IMG/VR virus record: IMGVR_UViG_3300050120_000230
Location: 62,001-126,000 of that record
Reading direction: 5' to 3' (one strand)
DNA length: 64,000 bases
Of this stretch, positions 19,829 through 30,500 are shown piece by piece (the stretch's first letter is position 1; every line of letters starts with the position of its first letter). The translations under genes were made by a program, and so were the position numbers. Below the pieces are notes generated by a model. It did no database searches. It saw only the letters and a list, made by a program, of their open reading frames with translations, and was not told the origin of the DNA.

Positions 19829-20320
19829 TCAAATGTTTTTCGCGCGTCGTGCCTTGGCTGTCTTGAGAGACAGTGGGCCTACCAAATCCACGAAGCGGAC
19901 CCCGTTGAGGTGATCGGTTTCATGAAGGTAGCAGCGGGCTGCGAGATTTTCAAACTTTTCGTTTACGAGATTTCCCGACGAATTCGTGAACTGAGCTTCG
20001 ATGGAAACCGGGCGGGCAATTTTCAGCCACAGGTCGGGGAAACTGAGGCAGCCCTCAAGGTCGCGATCTTTCTTGGTGGAGATCGACACCACCGTGGGAT
20101 TGAAACACGCGCGAGGTTGGCCATCCGTGTCCATGACGAACATGCGATAGAGCAGCCCGACTTGCGGTGCGGCCAATCCCACTCCCCGGTTCGAGAACAT
20201 CATCTCGAACATATCCGCCACCAAAGCTGATGGATCGGTCGGGGGCTTGGAAAAATCGAAAATAGGGGCGACGAGACTAAGGATTGGATCGTCCTCGTCC
20301 ACCAAGCGAAGCTGACTCAT
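19829..20320 (-). CDS. def: peptide deformylase
   Basis: GVGLAAPQ, EGCLS, HETDHLNG. Confidence 0.95.
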   Translation of the reverse strand: MSQLRLVDEDDPILSLVAPIFDFSKPPTDPSALVADMFEMMFSNRGVGLAAPQVGLLYRMFVMDTDGQPRACFNPTVVSISTKKDRDLEGCLSFPDLWLKIARPVSIEAQFTNSSGNLVNEKFENLAARCYLHETDHLNGVRFVDLVGPLSLKTAKARRAKNI

Positions 20321-20432
20321 TTCACCTTTCAAGACTGGCCGGGGCCAATCATGATCGAACTCACCTTACCGACTACCCGATCACGCACTCGGCCACTGAA
20401 AATCTCGTATACCAAATAGATAATACGGACAA

Positions 20433-21260
20433 TCAGTTTTGCAAGCTCTTAATTTCGCGGAGAAGTTCGATTTGGCGTTCGTTCACCAGTGAGGGAACTG
20501 TGACGCTTATTGTGACGATATGATCCCCACGCACGTCGCTGCCGATGACCGGCATCCCCCGGCCGGAAATCCTGATCTGGTGGCCGGTCTGGACACCCGG
20601 AGACGCTTCCACTTCGATCTCATCGCCGTCGATGGTCAACACTTTGAGCTTGATGCCAAGCATGGCGTCGATGGCGTTGATCGAAACGTCGGAGAACAGA
20701 TACTTGCCGTCGCGGCCGAACGGAAGGTCCGGGCGGATCGAAATGGTCACGAAGAGATCACCGGGCGGCGTGCCAGCGTGCACGTTCTCGCCAGCACCAG
20801 CCACGCGGATGCGCGTCCCGTTATCAACGCCTGCCGGAATCTTCAGACGGATTTCTCGATCCAGCAGCTTGAGGTTCACTTCGCAGCCACGGAACGCGTC
20901 GATGAATCCGATAGCGCAGTGCGAGGTGTAGTGACGGTTCGTCGTTTGCTGGCGGCGCTGCATCTCACGGATCATCGCTTCGATGTCCGGCGGCGCCCCT
21001 CCAAAACCAAAATGGAACTCATGGGCGCCATTTTGCTGACGGTGGCCAAAATCATGAGTAGGATTTCTCAGCGCGGCACGTTTTTCTGCGGTGTTGACCG
21101 CATTGTAGGCCGAGTTGATTTCTTTGAAACGACCTTCAGCACTAGGGTCACCGGCGTTGGCATCGGGGTGATGCTTCTTCGCTAGAGTTCGGAATGCAGA
21201 TTTGATTTGATCGTCGTTAGCATCCTGTGCAACGCCGAGGACGCTATAGGGATCGTTCAT
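20433..21260 (-). CDS. dnaJ: DnaJ-family co-chaperone without Zn finger
   Basis: J-domain with HPD; C-terminal KIPAGVDNG and PGDLFV; no CxxCxGxG repeats. Confidence 0.9.
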   Translation of the reverse strand: MNDPYSVLGVAQDANDDQIKSAFRTLAKKHHPDANAGDPSAEGRFKEINSAYNAVNTAEKRAALRNPTHDFGHRQQNGAHEFHFGFGGAPPDIEAMIREMQRRQQTTNRHYTSHCAIGFIDAFRGCEVNLKLLDREIRLKIPAGVDNGTRIRVAGAGENVHAGTPPGDLFVTISIRPDLPFGRDGKYLFSDVSINAIDAMLGIKLKVLTIDGDEIEVEASPGVQTGHQIRISGRGMPVIGSDVRGDHIVTISVTVPSLVNERQIELLREIKSLQN

Positions 21261-21649
21261 TTTGCTTTTGGCAAAGCCTTTGCTTCTTCTTGGAGGCGGC
21301 TGGGATCATTCACAACTCCCGTAAGGAAGTCGATGATTGCCTTCTGCTGCTTGATGTAAGTCTTAACATCAACCAGATTCCCAGACAATTTCTTAAAATT
21401 GGCCTCATCAAGGGTGAACAGAGTCACATTACCGCCATTCGCCTGAAGACTGGCGCCTAGAGCTTTCAACTCGTCAGCGTTATAGACCTTCCACTCGACA
21501 GACTGTGGCACCACGGGGTCGGCCTTGGGCACATCGATATGCGGGACAATGGAGACAGGCTGAATAACGACACGCGGCGGGGGTGCCGTGGCACATGCGG
21601 CAAGGCTCGCCGCCAGTGCGACGATCATCAAAAAACGAGGCGTTCTCAT
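21257..21649 (-). CDS. probable outer-membrane spanin (lipoprotein)
   Basis: signal peptide with LAAC lipobox, Pro-rich linker, coiled-coil; overlaps the i-spanin-like gene. Confidence 0.65.
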   Translation of the reverse strand: MRTPRFLMIVALAASLAACATAPPPRVVIQPVSIVPHIDVPKADPVVPQSVEWKVYNADELKALGASLQANGGNVTLFTLDEANFKKLSGNLVDVKTYIKQQKAIIDFLTGVVNDPSRLQEEAKALPKAK

Positions 21650-22062
21650 TTGGTGATCTCCTGAATCTCAGCAAAGATGCCGTTGGTGGTGTCGTTCGCC
21701 CACTTCTCGACGGCTTCGGGGTGGGCTACGGCGATTGTGTCCGCATCGTAGTTGTTGATCGCTTGGTGCTGCACTACACCGGTCTGACGGATATCGGCGA
21801 TCTGTGCATTTGTCGCAGCTTCGGCCGCTGCAACCCGCTTCGCCTCGTCATCCTTTGCCGCATTCAGCGCCGCGACGGTATCGGCATTGGCTTCAGATCG
21901 CCCGGCGGTGTGCGCGTCCGAGATTTCCTTCGCGATATGGGCCTCATACGCTTGGTATGCTTTGTAGGCGCCGAACAGCAGGCTGATGACGGCAAAACCG
22001 ATGCCGATCTTCAGACCCCAACTCTTGAAACCACCCTTAACTCGATCAAAGAAACTACTCAT
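21646..22062 (-). CDS. probable inner-membrane spanin
   Basis: N-terminal TM helix followed by Ala-rich coiled coil; GGAGG RBS; TAAATA at 22087-22092. Confidence 0.65.
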   Translation of the reverse strand: MSSFFDRVKGGFKSWGLKIGIGFAVISLLFGAYKAYQAYEAHIAKEISDAHTAGRSEANADTVAALNAAKDDEAKRVAAAEAATNAQIADIRQTGVVQHQAINNYDADTIAVAHPEAVEKWANDTTNGIFAEIQEITK

Positions 22063-22181
22063 GTCAGACCTCCGAGCAGAATCCAGTATTTAGTTATGGT
22101 AATCGTCGTATTTAATCGTTGACGAAACACAAATCGGAGATACCCTGAAATTCTCTTTCACTTTCAACGAGGAGGCTCAGA

Positions 22182-22595
22182 ATGGTTGTCGTGCTGGTTA
22201 TAGCAGCGATCTTAGCGTTCCTGCCTCGTTGGTTCTGGAAAGTGCTGGCCGGTGCTCTAGTCGGCCTGTTCGTCATCACTCGATTGATGATGCCGACATC
22301 GGAAGCTGAACGTTTTGGACACTTCGTTGGCCACAAAGCAGGCGGCCGTGATCTCCAAATAGAGATGGTGGCCGACAATCAGGGTCATCATGACTTCACC
22401 GTGACCAACAACAGCGGCCTGCTGGTGGAAAACGTCATGCTGGCTTGTCAGAACACCGCCGGTGATACCTACCCGGTTCGGTTGGATGCCATCATCCGTC
22501 CCCACACCACCATCACCGAGTCCACCTATGACATCCATGGTGAGCCGAGAAGCACATGTGGATTCTCTTCGTGGGATGCATATCGGGCTAGCTAG
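22182..22595 (+). CDS. membrane-anchored hypothetical protein
   Basis: two N-terminal hydrophobic helices; GAGGAGG RBS; TTGACG promoter upstream. Confidence 0.7.
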   Translation: MVVVLVIAAILAFLPRWFWKVLAGALVGLFVITRLMMPTSEAERFGHFVGHKAGGRDLQIEMVADNQGHHDFTVTNNSGLLVENVMLACQNTAGDTYPVRLDAIIRPHTTITESTYDIHGEPRSTCGFSSWDAYRAS

Positions 22596-22599
22596 AAGA

Positions 22600-23320
22600 G
22601 AGTCTGAAGGCGAACATACGTCCGCCTTCAGGGATTAGCTCGTCTCTATGCTCACTACGTTCGCATTCGTCTCGCTATCCATCTTCTGTAAGCCCGAAGG
22701 GAAGATGAACGTTATATCCTAGATTTTAAGTTGCCTTTCTCTCCCCCGCACAGCCCCGAAGGGGCGGGCAAGAGAGAGAATGACGGCTACATCCTGAGTT
22801 TCGTAGCTGCTCAACCCGTGGTGCTCCGACCTCTCGGAAGCTGGCGGTTCCCCGATACCAGCTATAGCCACGCATCTCGACCTAACTCACCGGACTGTCG
22901 GATTGGGGGCCTAGTCGAACTGGATGTGGCAAACAGCCTTTTGCATCCGCCGACGCCTTGCGTCCTCGGTAGTCATTATTTGATCTGAACGGTTTTGTGT
23001 CTCACGCGCCCGCCGGTTGAGAGACGGGTCACGTATGGGGAGGCGCCAAAGTGCTCAAGGCACACTTCCCCTCTTTGTTTTGAGCGGCTAAGCCGCCCTG
23101 CGATTTCGTGAACGAGATGTTCACCGAGCTTGCCCATCCAAAAATGTTCGCTAACATGGAGTTGCACCATGCCGGACAGAAGAGGTGGTCTCGTTTCGGC
23201 GCGCTGCCATCGAACCGGTCTTTATATTACCAGCCAGATTTGTTGGGTGGGGTGACCCTATACTTCCCCTGCGCTATGGCAAATGCCCCGGTAGGGCAGA
23301 TTGAAGTCGGACTGTAGAAT
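22600..23320 (-). ncRNA. candidate large structured non-coding RNA (~720 nt)
   Basis: no credible ORF; more than a dozen hairpins with nested long-range stems; two C-UUCG-G tetraloops on the minus strand; strand and ends uncertain. Confidence 0.55.
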
Positions 23321-23328
23321 CGAGTCAG

Positions 23329-23718
23329 ATGATGAGTCAAAATGAATCACGAAAAGACATCATCGTTCGGCATAGAGCTTACGAAGATGAGAACCTCGAC
23401 AGTTATCGTTCTTCGACGGGCGGATTTCGGATATTGGACCTCTATACAGCTAGTTATGCTCTAGTTGCACGCTCATCTTTTAACCATCCACCACCGTTTC
23501 GATACATGTTCATCAAAAATCGAGCGGGTGGAGATGCTGCGTCGATGCGGTCTTACATCCGTAGCTGCATGAGTTTCGCAATCCTTGAAAGGATCATCCC
23601 CGATATCGACTTCCTGTCCTCGGACGTTGGAACCAATGTCGATCTGGCGTTCAATAATCGACGGGATTTGGCTCTTTTCAGGGTGATGTTTCCTGATACG
23701 GCCACTCTGCGAAGATAA
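23329..23718 (+). CDS. hypothetical protein (FKxxW-like C-terminus)
   Basis: LAFNNRRDLALFRVMF. Confidence 0.5.
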   Translation: MMSQNESRKDIIVRHRAYEDENLDSYRSSTGGFRILDLYTASYALVARSSFNHPPPFRYMFIKNRAGGDAASMRSYIRSCMSFAILERIIPDIDFLSSDVGTNVDLAFNNRRDLALFRVMFPDTATLRR

Positions 23719-23752
23719 ATAAGGTCGCAGTTAAACAGGAGCGACCATCTCA

Positions 23753-23935
23753 ATGGCCCAGATTCAGAAGCAAACGATCACGATCACTCTCAGTAAGCTC
23801 GTGAAGACCGGCGACACCGCCGCAGACATGGGGCCGGAAGGCTTCGAAGCGGCTCTGGAAGCCGTCGTCACGGAATTGGTGGACGACGGCTCGGTGATCG
23901 TCGAAGTCGATAGCCTCACGCCGCCGACAGCGTAA
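23753..23935 (+). CDS. small late protein
   Basis: TAAATA at 23716-23721; AGGAG RBS. Confidence 0.65.
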   Translation: MAQIQKQTITITLSKLVKTGDTAADMGPEGFEAALEAVVTELVDDGSVIVEVDSLTPPTA

Positions 23936-24407
23936 CCACTACCGGATCGATGAGGCTGGACTGATAGTCATCTTCGATCCGGTAGATCAATTCGCGGAAG
24001 GACCGTTTGGCCTCTTCCGCATCAGAATTGGTGAGTCGGCCGTAAAGTTCGGCGACCATGTCATGGATCACTGTGCCGGGTTTCTGAGATTTTGCGATTT
24101 TCTCGCGCATCTCAGTCGGAATTTCGGTGCGATCCCAGAGCGCCTTCACGGCAGCATCACCCGCAAATTGAAAACCGGCGACCGGGTCATAGAATTTCGG
24201 CATCTGACCTTTGGATCGTTGCGGAGCGAACCGCATAGCCATGAAGAGGACGAACGCCCCATAGGGGATCGGGAGTCCTTTCATGAAAATGAAGGGCGCC
24301 AAGCTTTCCCCATCGGTGAACGTCTCAACGAACGGTCGCTCCCGTTCCATGATACTGACGACGATCCCACGATTGAGACAGTCGGACGGGATTTGTTCAA
24401 TATTCAT
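23916..24407 (-). CDS. hypothetical protein
   Basis: overlaps the end of the nucleotidyltransferase gene. Confidence 0.55.
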   Translation of the reverse strand: MNIEQIPSDCLNRGIVVSIMERERPFVETFTDGESLAPFIFMKGLPIPYGAFVLFMAMRFAPQRSKGQMPKFYDPVAGFQFAGDAAVKALWDRTEIPTEMREKIAKSQKPGTVIHDMVAELYGRLTNSDAEEAKRSFRELIYRIEDDYQSSLIDPVVVTLSAA

Positions 24408-25023
24408 CGACCGTCAACGTTTCTTTGGGGTTGAAGTTTTCCAGATCGACCCCGAACATATCTCGCAAGACGCCGGGGCCGGGCGTGAAGCCATAGGCAC
24501 AATATTTCGCGAGCCGGGCTGCGGTGGGGCGAGTGGGTGTGCGATGCAAGGTCAGCGTCTTGGCCGCCAAGGCAGCAGGCGCCCGATCATCGGCCAAGAG
24601 TGATCCGCCATCCGTGGCGAACATCGTCGCCGTCAGATCGAAATCATCGAGCAGTTCATCCGCCGAAGCGTAGTAGCGCCCCTTCACGAACTGGAAAGTG
24701 ACGATCTCTTCGACCTCACCCTCCATGAAGCCCAGTTCGAACTTGTTCGATTTCGGGTGCTTGAACTCGTTGACCACTCGCCACTGAGGCCGCTCGAAGG
24801 TCCGAACGTGTTCTCGAATCGAGGAACACACCCATTCGTGCACTTTCTCGCTCGGGGAGAAAATGTCGATGTCGGAATTACCGATGACCGTCTCACCATC
24901 GGCGAGGCGACGACAAATCCCTCCGGCGACCCACGGGCCGTATTCCAAGTTCAGAAACGGCAGCACAGTCGAGATGCGACGAACGATTGGATTGTCGTCG
25001 GCGAGAAGCGGCAAATGGATCAA
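24397..25023 (-). CDS. Pol-beta-fold nucleotidyltransferase (CCA/poly(A) head-domain-like)
   Basis: VAGGICRR...SDIDIF catalytic signature, LLDDFDLT (RDFT-like), RLAKY...GF. Confidence 0.75.
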   Translation of the reverse strand: MIHLPLLADDNPIVRRISTVLPFLNLEYGPWVAGGICRRLADGETVIGNSDIDIFSPSEKVHEWVCSSIREHVRTFERPQWRVVNEFKHPKSNKFELGFMEGEVEEIVTFQFVKGRYYASADELLDDFDLTATMFATDGGSLLADDRAPAALAAKTLTLHRTPTRPTAARLAKYCAYGFTPGPGVLRDMFGVDLENFNPKETLTVDEY

Positions 25024-25123
25024 AACAAGGCCCGTCTTGCTAATTTAATATGGTTTACGAGAATGGTTTACGGCGGCCTAAGTCCCCTGTCAACCCACCT
25101 CCTAGCTCGCATAAATACCCGTC

Positions 25124-25522
25124 ATGGGTCGTCAATCTATCGTCTTGCTGAGCGTGCAATCCTACGAAGTCATTCATGTGGGTGAACCCGTTCGAGTTGA
25201 TAATTGGTATTCAGACCCGGAACATCTTCACACAATCGCTGTGGTCGCCAGTCATTTTCGCGGCAGAGTGAGTGTAGAGGCGTCGATTAAAGTAAAGCCG
25301 ACAGAGTCGGATTGGTTTCCTGTTCCGTTGAACGATCAATACTACGTTGACTATCCACATCTAGGGTATGGACATGAAACCTCAACTCTTGGTTTCAGTT
25401 TTCCCGGTCGGTATGTTTGGCTTCGCGCCAAGATTGACAGATCGTTGGTGATCCCACTCGACGCAGGCGAACTAATGGTCGCCGCCTGTGGTTTCATTGA
25501 TCGCATTTTGCTTAACATTTGA
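25124..25522 (+). CDS. late protein, probably virion-associated
   Basis: TAAATA at 25112-25117; all-beta pattern; heads the structural cluster. Confidence 0.65.
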   Translation: MGRQSIVLLSVQSYEVIHVGEPVRVDNWYSDPEHLHTIAVVASHFRGRVSVEASIKVKPTESDWFPVPLNDQYYVDYPHLGYGHETSTLGFSFPGRYVWLRAKIDRSLVIPLDAGELMVAACGFIDRILLNI

Positions 25523-25579
25523 TCCCGACGCTACAGTATAGGCGCCGCATAAATACCGATAATATTTGGGGAGATACCT

Positions 25580-27505
25580 ATGCCTTCCGTTGACAGCAGC
25601 CGCGTTAAGACTACCGGAACCGGTGCAATTACCTATGCCGATCAAAACTCGGCCAATTCTGCCGCCGATGCGGCTGCCGCCGATATCGCACCGGATCAGG
25701 TGATTGTCCGCTCTGTTCAGGGCGACAACATCGGCGACGGAGAAGGCATTTTCGCGGGGTCGAACGGCTCCGATAGCGTCATGCTGCAATTCAAGTCGCT
25801 CCAAGCTGGCGACGGAATCAACATTGCGGACGACGGCTTCACGATCACCATCACGAACACCGCCAACAGCGGCGGTGGTGGCGGGGGCGGCGGTGGTCCG
25901 TCTGACGGATACCATCTCACGCTCGGCAATGCGGTCACCGAAGGCGACGGTTCTTGGAGCGGCGGCGCCGTGGCTCTGACCGACAGCACGTCGGTTTCGA
26001 ACGCGGTCGATAAGATCAACACGCTTCTGGGTCTCCTTGTCCCGGCTGGCCCAACCGCTTTCCCCGGCGGCTCGCTGGCTGTCATCAATACGGTCGGTAA
26101 CAACCCTGTTTTGGCGCTCAGCGCCGCAGATCACGCAAACTCCGGTATCTCGGCGGGCTCTTCCGTTACCCGTATCGTCACCTCTTCGGTGTCGAGCAAC
26201 GTCTTCAACGACGTGGGTCCGGGTGAAAGCGGAACGATCACCCTGCTCATCAACAATGCTTCGGCTGCGGCACATACGCTGAACGGCACCAGCGACAACG
26301 GCACTTACAGTGGCCTCGTCATCGCTGACCAAAAAGCGTTCCCTGTTTCTCAGCCGGGTTTCTGGAAATCCATCGACGTGTCCGTTGCGGGCGCGGGTGT
26401 GGCGCCGGGCGTCAACAAAATGAAACTGAGCCACAGCGGCGCGGGCACGACCAATGAAGTCGTGTTTGTGCGCGATGACATGGTCTCCACTCCGACGATC
26501 AGTCCGAGCAGCGTCACGGAATCGTCCAACGGCGCCGTGGCTTTCTCTTCCGGTGTTCCGCACTACGGTGCGAATGCAAACCTGCTGGTCGGGCTCTCGT
26601 TCACGAACCTGTCTGGTGAAACCTACTACGGCGGCACCGATGTCCTCACGGTCTCGGGCACCAACGGCGTGCTGGCCGATCAGACTTTCAGCTATGCAAA
26701 CCTCGGCATCAACACCCCGGTCACCCACCAGATCACTTCGGCTACGGCCGTCACCCCGGTCATCGTTCCGGTCAACGGCACGACCCACGGCTCTGGCCTG
26801 ATCCAAGGCACGATCAAGAATGTGAATGGCGCCAGCGGCGTTACTTCACTTTCCTCTTCCATCGTGTTGGTCAAGCGCGGCGCGGCTGCGAGCAACAAGG
26901 TTGACGAACTTAGCATTCCGGTTGCGGGCCTTGGCTCCGCACCGAACAACAACAATGCAATCCGTGTGAACATCGGGGCGACCGGCGATGAACCGACTGG
27001 TTCGGTTACCTCGTGGGATGCGACGGCTACTCTCCCGACCTACGAAGCGGCGGTTGTCGCGGGCATTCTGTCGAACAATCAGACGAACTATCTGACTGGC
27101 TTCCTACCGGTTGGCCCGAACCTTTCGACTGGCCGTAACGGCGCGCAATACGCCACGTTCAGCTTCCAACGTTCGGCTGTCTCCACGTTCAAGATCAACG
27201 TGACCGGCACCTACCACGGTGTCTGGATCAAGCTGCCGGGCGTCTCGGACAACGGCACGATCTCGCCCAACGCCACCAACGGCTGGTGGGATGCGACCAA
27301 GTCCTACAACGGCGCGGGCGTCCCCGGTAACGCCAGCGACCCTTCAGCGGGTTGCGCGGTCGGCTCGGTCATGGCGGGAGCAAGCGGAGCTTACTCGATT
27401 ACGTTTGGTCCCCAAACCTCCACTAACTCGAACTCGAATACGATCCTCGTTCGCATTCGTCTGGACGCTGGTCAGAGCATCACTGCTCTCAGCTTCAGCA
27501 ATTAA
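25580..27505 (+). CDS. virion structural / fibre-associated protein
   Basis: G/S/T/N-rich, TAAATA at 25550-25555, paralog of 47925..49754. Confidence 0.75.
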   Translation: MPSVDSSRVKTTGTGAITYADQNSANSAADAAAADIAPDQVIVRSVQGDNIGDGEGIFAGSNGSDSVMLQFKSLQAGDGINIADDGFTITITNTANSGGGGGGGGGPSDGYHLTLGNAVTEGDGSWSGGAVALTDSTSVSNAVDKINTLLGLLVPAGPTAFPGGSLAVINTVGNNPVLALSAADHANSGISAGSSVTRIVTSSVSSNVFNDVGPGESGTITLLINNASAAAHTLNGTSDNGTYSGLVIADQKAFPVSQPGFWKSIDVSVAGAGVAPGVNKMKLSHSGAGTTNEVVFVRDDMVSTPTISPSSVTESSNGAVAFSSGVPHYGANANLLVGLSFTNLSGETYYGGTDVLTVSGTNGVLADQTFSYANLGINTPVTHQITSATAVTPVIVPVNGTTHGSGLIQGTIKNVNGASGVTSLSSSIVLVKRGAAASNKVDELSIPVAGLGSAPNNNNAIRVNIGATGDEPTGSVTSWDATATLPTYEAAVVAGILSNNQTNYLTGFLPVGPNLSTGRNGAQYATFSFQRSAVSTFKINVTGTYHGVWIKLPGVSDNGTISPNATNGWWDATKSYNGAGVPGNASDPSAGCAVGSVMAGASGAYSITFGPQTSTNSNSNTILVRIRLDAGQSITALSFSN

Positions 27506-27520
27506 TCAAAGGCATTTGCA

Positions 27521-30500
27521 ATGACCATTTCAGATCAAGATAAGGTAGACTTCCTCTGGAAGAAAGTGATTTTCGGTTACACGAAGACTGCTTCTGGAAC
27601 TGTCAAGCTCGGCTCGAACGAGAGCATTGCCTCGCCGTTCCCTGTGAACCCGGATAACATCTGGGCTGAAGCTGACCAGATCGCGGCGTCTCCTACGGCG
27701 AACACAACCGCGCAGGTTGGTGTCTTCAAGGGTGCAACGCGTATCCAAATGACGGTGGACCCGTCTTCCCCGCCGAACCAAACGTGGTTGGCGACGGGCA
27801 CCCACAATCTGCTCACCAGCCTGATGGGCGACTTCATTTCGCCGATCTACGGCCCCGGCTACAACGTGGCTGCCTATATCGGTGATCCGAACGTCGGCCC
27901 GGCCGCGCGAATTTTCCCCGATACGACGAACGAAGAGTTCGTGTTCGATTACTCGGCGGGCGTGCTGAATTTCCTCGGAAACATTCCGGCTTCGAAGCCT
28001 GCCACTATTGGCTCTGGCACAGTCTCGGTTTCCACGAACGGCGTCTATCTTGAAGCCTATCGCTACATCGGCACCAAGGGCGGCGGTGGATCGAGCGGTT
28101 CATTCGTCTCCAAGACCGGCGACACGATGTCCGGCCCGCTGGTGTTCGACTACACCTCTAACTCTGGCCAAACCGTTTTGGTGTTCTCGAACACTACAGC
28201 AAACGCCTTCGCCGGTATCGGGTCTCTGCAATCCGGCGAAACCCGCATCTTTGCCGATAGCAACAATGCTCTGAGCTTCGGTCACGTCTCCACGACGGAT
28301 GGCGTCACCTATCACGAAGACATGCGTCTCGGCGCTGATGGCGTCCTGAACATCGGCACCGGCAGCGGAGATGGTTTCATTACCGTCGATAACGGCAATC
28401 GCATCGTGTTCGGTGATATCGCCAACGGTTCGGTCAATGAGCAGATGGTTATCGATGCCAATGGCGTCGTCTACATCGGCGGCAACATGGTCTACCACAC
28501 CGGCAACCTCGATCTTGAGTCTCTGACTCTGACGAACACCGGTGTGACCGCAGGCACCTACACCTCCACAAACATCGTGGTTGATGCTCAAGGTCGCATC
28601 CTATCCGCCAGCAATGGTTCGGGCGGCGGCGGTGGTGGCGGCAACGGCACGGTGACCGAAGTCAGCATCGGTGGCTCGACCAGTGTTTCTGTTTCGGGCG
28701 CTCCTATCACGACAGACGGCACGTTCGTCATCGATCTGACCAATACTGGCGTTTCGGCTGGCACCTATGCGAAGGTCAGCGTTGACGCCAAGGGCCGCGT
28801 CCAATCGGGTTCTGGCCTCGCCAGCGGCGACGTGACCTCGGCTCTGGGCTTCACGCCGCTTCAGCACAACGAAACGATCACTGTCTCGGGAGACGTTACC
28901 GGCTCAGGCACGTCTTCGCTTGCTCTGACGCTCACCAACTCCGGCGTCACGGCTGGCACCTACAACAAAGTCATCGTCGATGCGAAGGGCCGCGTCGTCG
29001 GCTCCGGCGCGCTGACCTCGTCGGATGTTGATACGGCGCTGGGCTATACCCCGACCAATGCCGCCACGGCCATTGTCTTCACGGGCGATGTCACGGGTTC
29101 GGGCACCAATCCGATCAACCTGTCTCTGGCCAATACTGGTGTCGCAGCAGGCACATATACTCTCGCAACTTTGGTTGTCGATGCGAAAGGCCGCGTTCTG
29201 GCAGTCTCCAATGGCAGCGCCGTTGGCGGTTCCAACGGAACGGTTACGAGCGTCTCGGCAGTCGGTTCGGCCGACATCCACGTCAATGGTTCGGCGACGA
29301 TCACCACCACGGGTACTTTCACTTTCGATCTGGCCAACACCCCGGTTGCGGCAGGCGTCTACTCGCTCGCCACGATCTCGGTTGATGCCAAGGGTCGTAT
29401 CATCGCGGCGGCCAACGGCACAGCGGGCTCCGGCACGGTTACTAGCGTGGGCGTCAGTTCCACGACGTTGAACGTCTCTGGTAGCCCGGTCACTACGGCT
29501 GGCGTCATCTCTATCGACCTGACGAACACCGGCGTCACTGCTGGCACCTATGAAAAGGTGACCGTGGATGCACAAGGCCGCATTCATGCAGGTGCTGCTC
29601 TCGCAAGTGGTGATGTGACTTCGGCTCTGGGCTTCACTCCGCTTCAACACAACGAAGCGATCACCATTTCTGGCGACGCGGCCGGAACGGGTGCATCTGC
29701 AATCGCTTTGACGTTCGCTAACACTGGCGTCGCGGCGGGCACTTATTCTGCCGCAAACATCGTCGTTGACTCCAAGGGTCGTATCCTCTCGGCTGCCAAC
29801 GGCGCGGCCGGTGGCGGAAGCGGCACGGTTACCTCTGTGGACGTTACGGGTTCGGCCGACATCTCGGCAGTTGGTGGACCAATCACAGTCTCGGGCGCTA
29901 TCGCTCTGGGTCTATCGAACACCGGCGTCGTCGCTGGCACCTATACTCTCACCAACCTGACGGTTGACTCCAAGGGTCGTATCACCTCGATCCAGAATGG
30001 CACCGCTTCCGGCGCCGGAACTGTTACCTCAGTTTCGGTCACCGGCGACGGCGCGATCTCGTCCACCGGCGGGCCGATCACCAACACGGGCACAATCGCT
30101 CTCACGTTGTCCAACACGGGCGTTGCACATGGCACCTACACGAAGGTCATCGTTGATCTCCAAGGCCGTGTGACGGGCTCTCTGGCCCTCGCAAACACAG
30201 ACGTGACGACAGCCCTCGGCTTTACGCCGATTGCCAACACGATCATCGATCTCGGCTACACCCCGCTTCAGCACAACGAAAGCATCACCGTCGTTGGTGA
30301 TGTGGTCGGCGTTGGTTCGACCACTCTTTCGCTGGCTCTGCAAAACACCGGCGTGACCGCAGGCACCTACGAAAAGGTGACTGTGGACGCAAAGGGTCGG
30401 GTTCTCTCCGGCGGCGCGCTCGCCTCCGGCGATGTCACCACGGCGCTGGGCTTCACTCCGATTTCCGGCATCGTCAGCGGAGACGTTACGACGGCGCTGG

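Noticed and set aside
17552-21260. Host chromosomal DNA or a prophage boundary (clpA, def, dnaJ; also serS and ssrA)
   Set aside because: These genes are coupled to phage-type genes or TAAATA promoters, lack bacterial synteny, and no integrase or att site is seen
22600-23320. RNase P RNA, or short ORFs 22731..22988, 22976..23170 and 23108..23317
   Set aside because: The GAGGAAAGUCC-type RNase P motif was not found on either strand; the ORFs lack RBSs and protein-like composition
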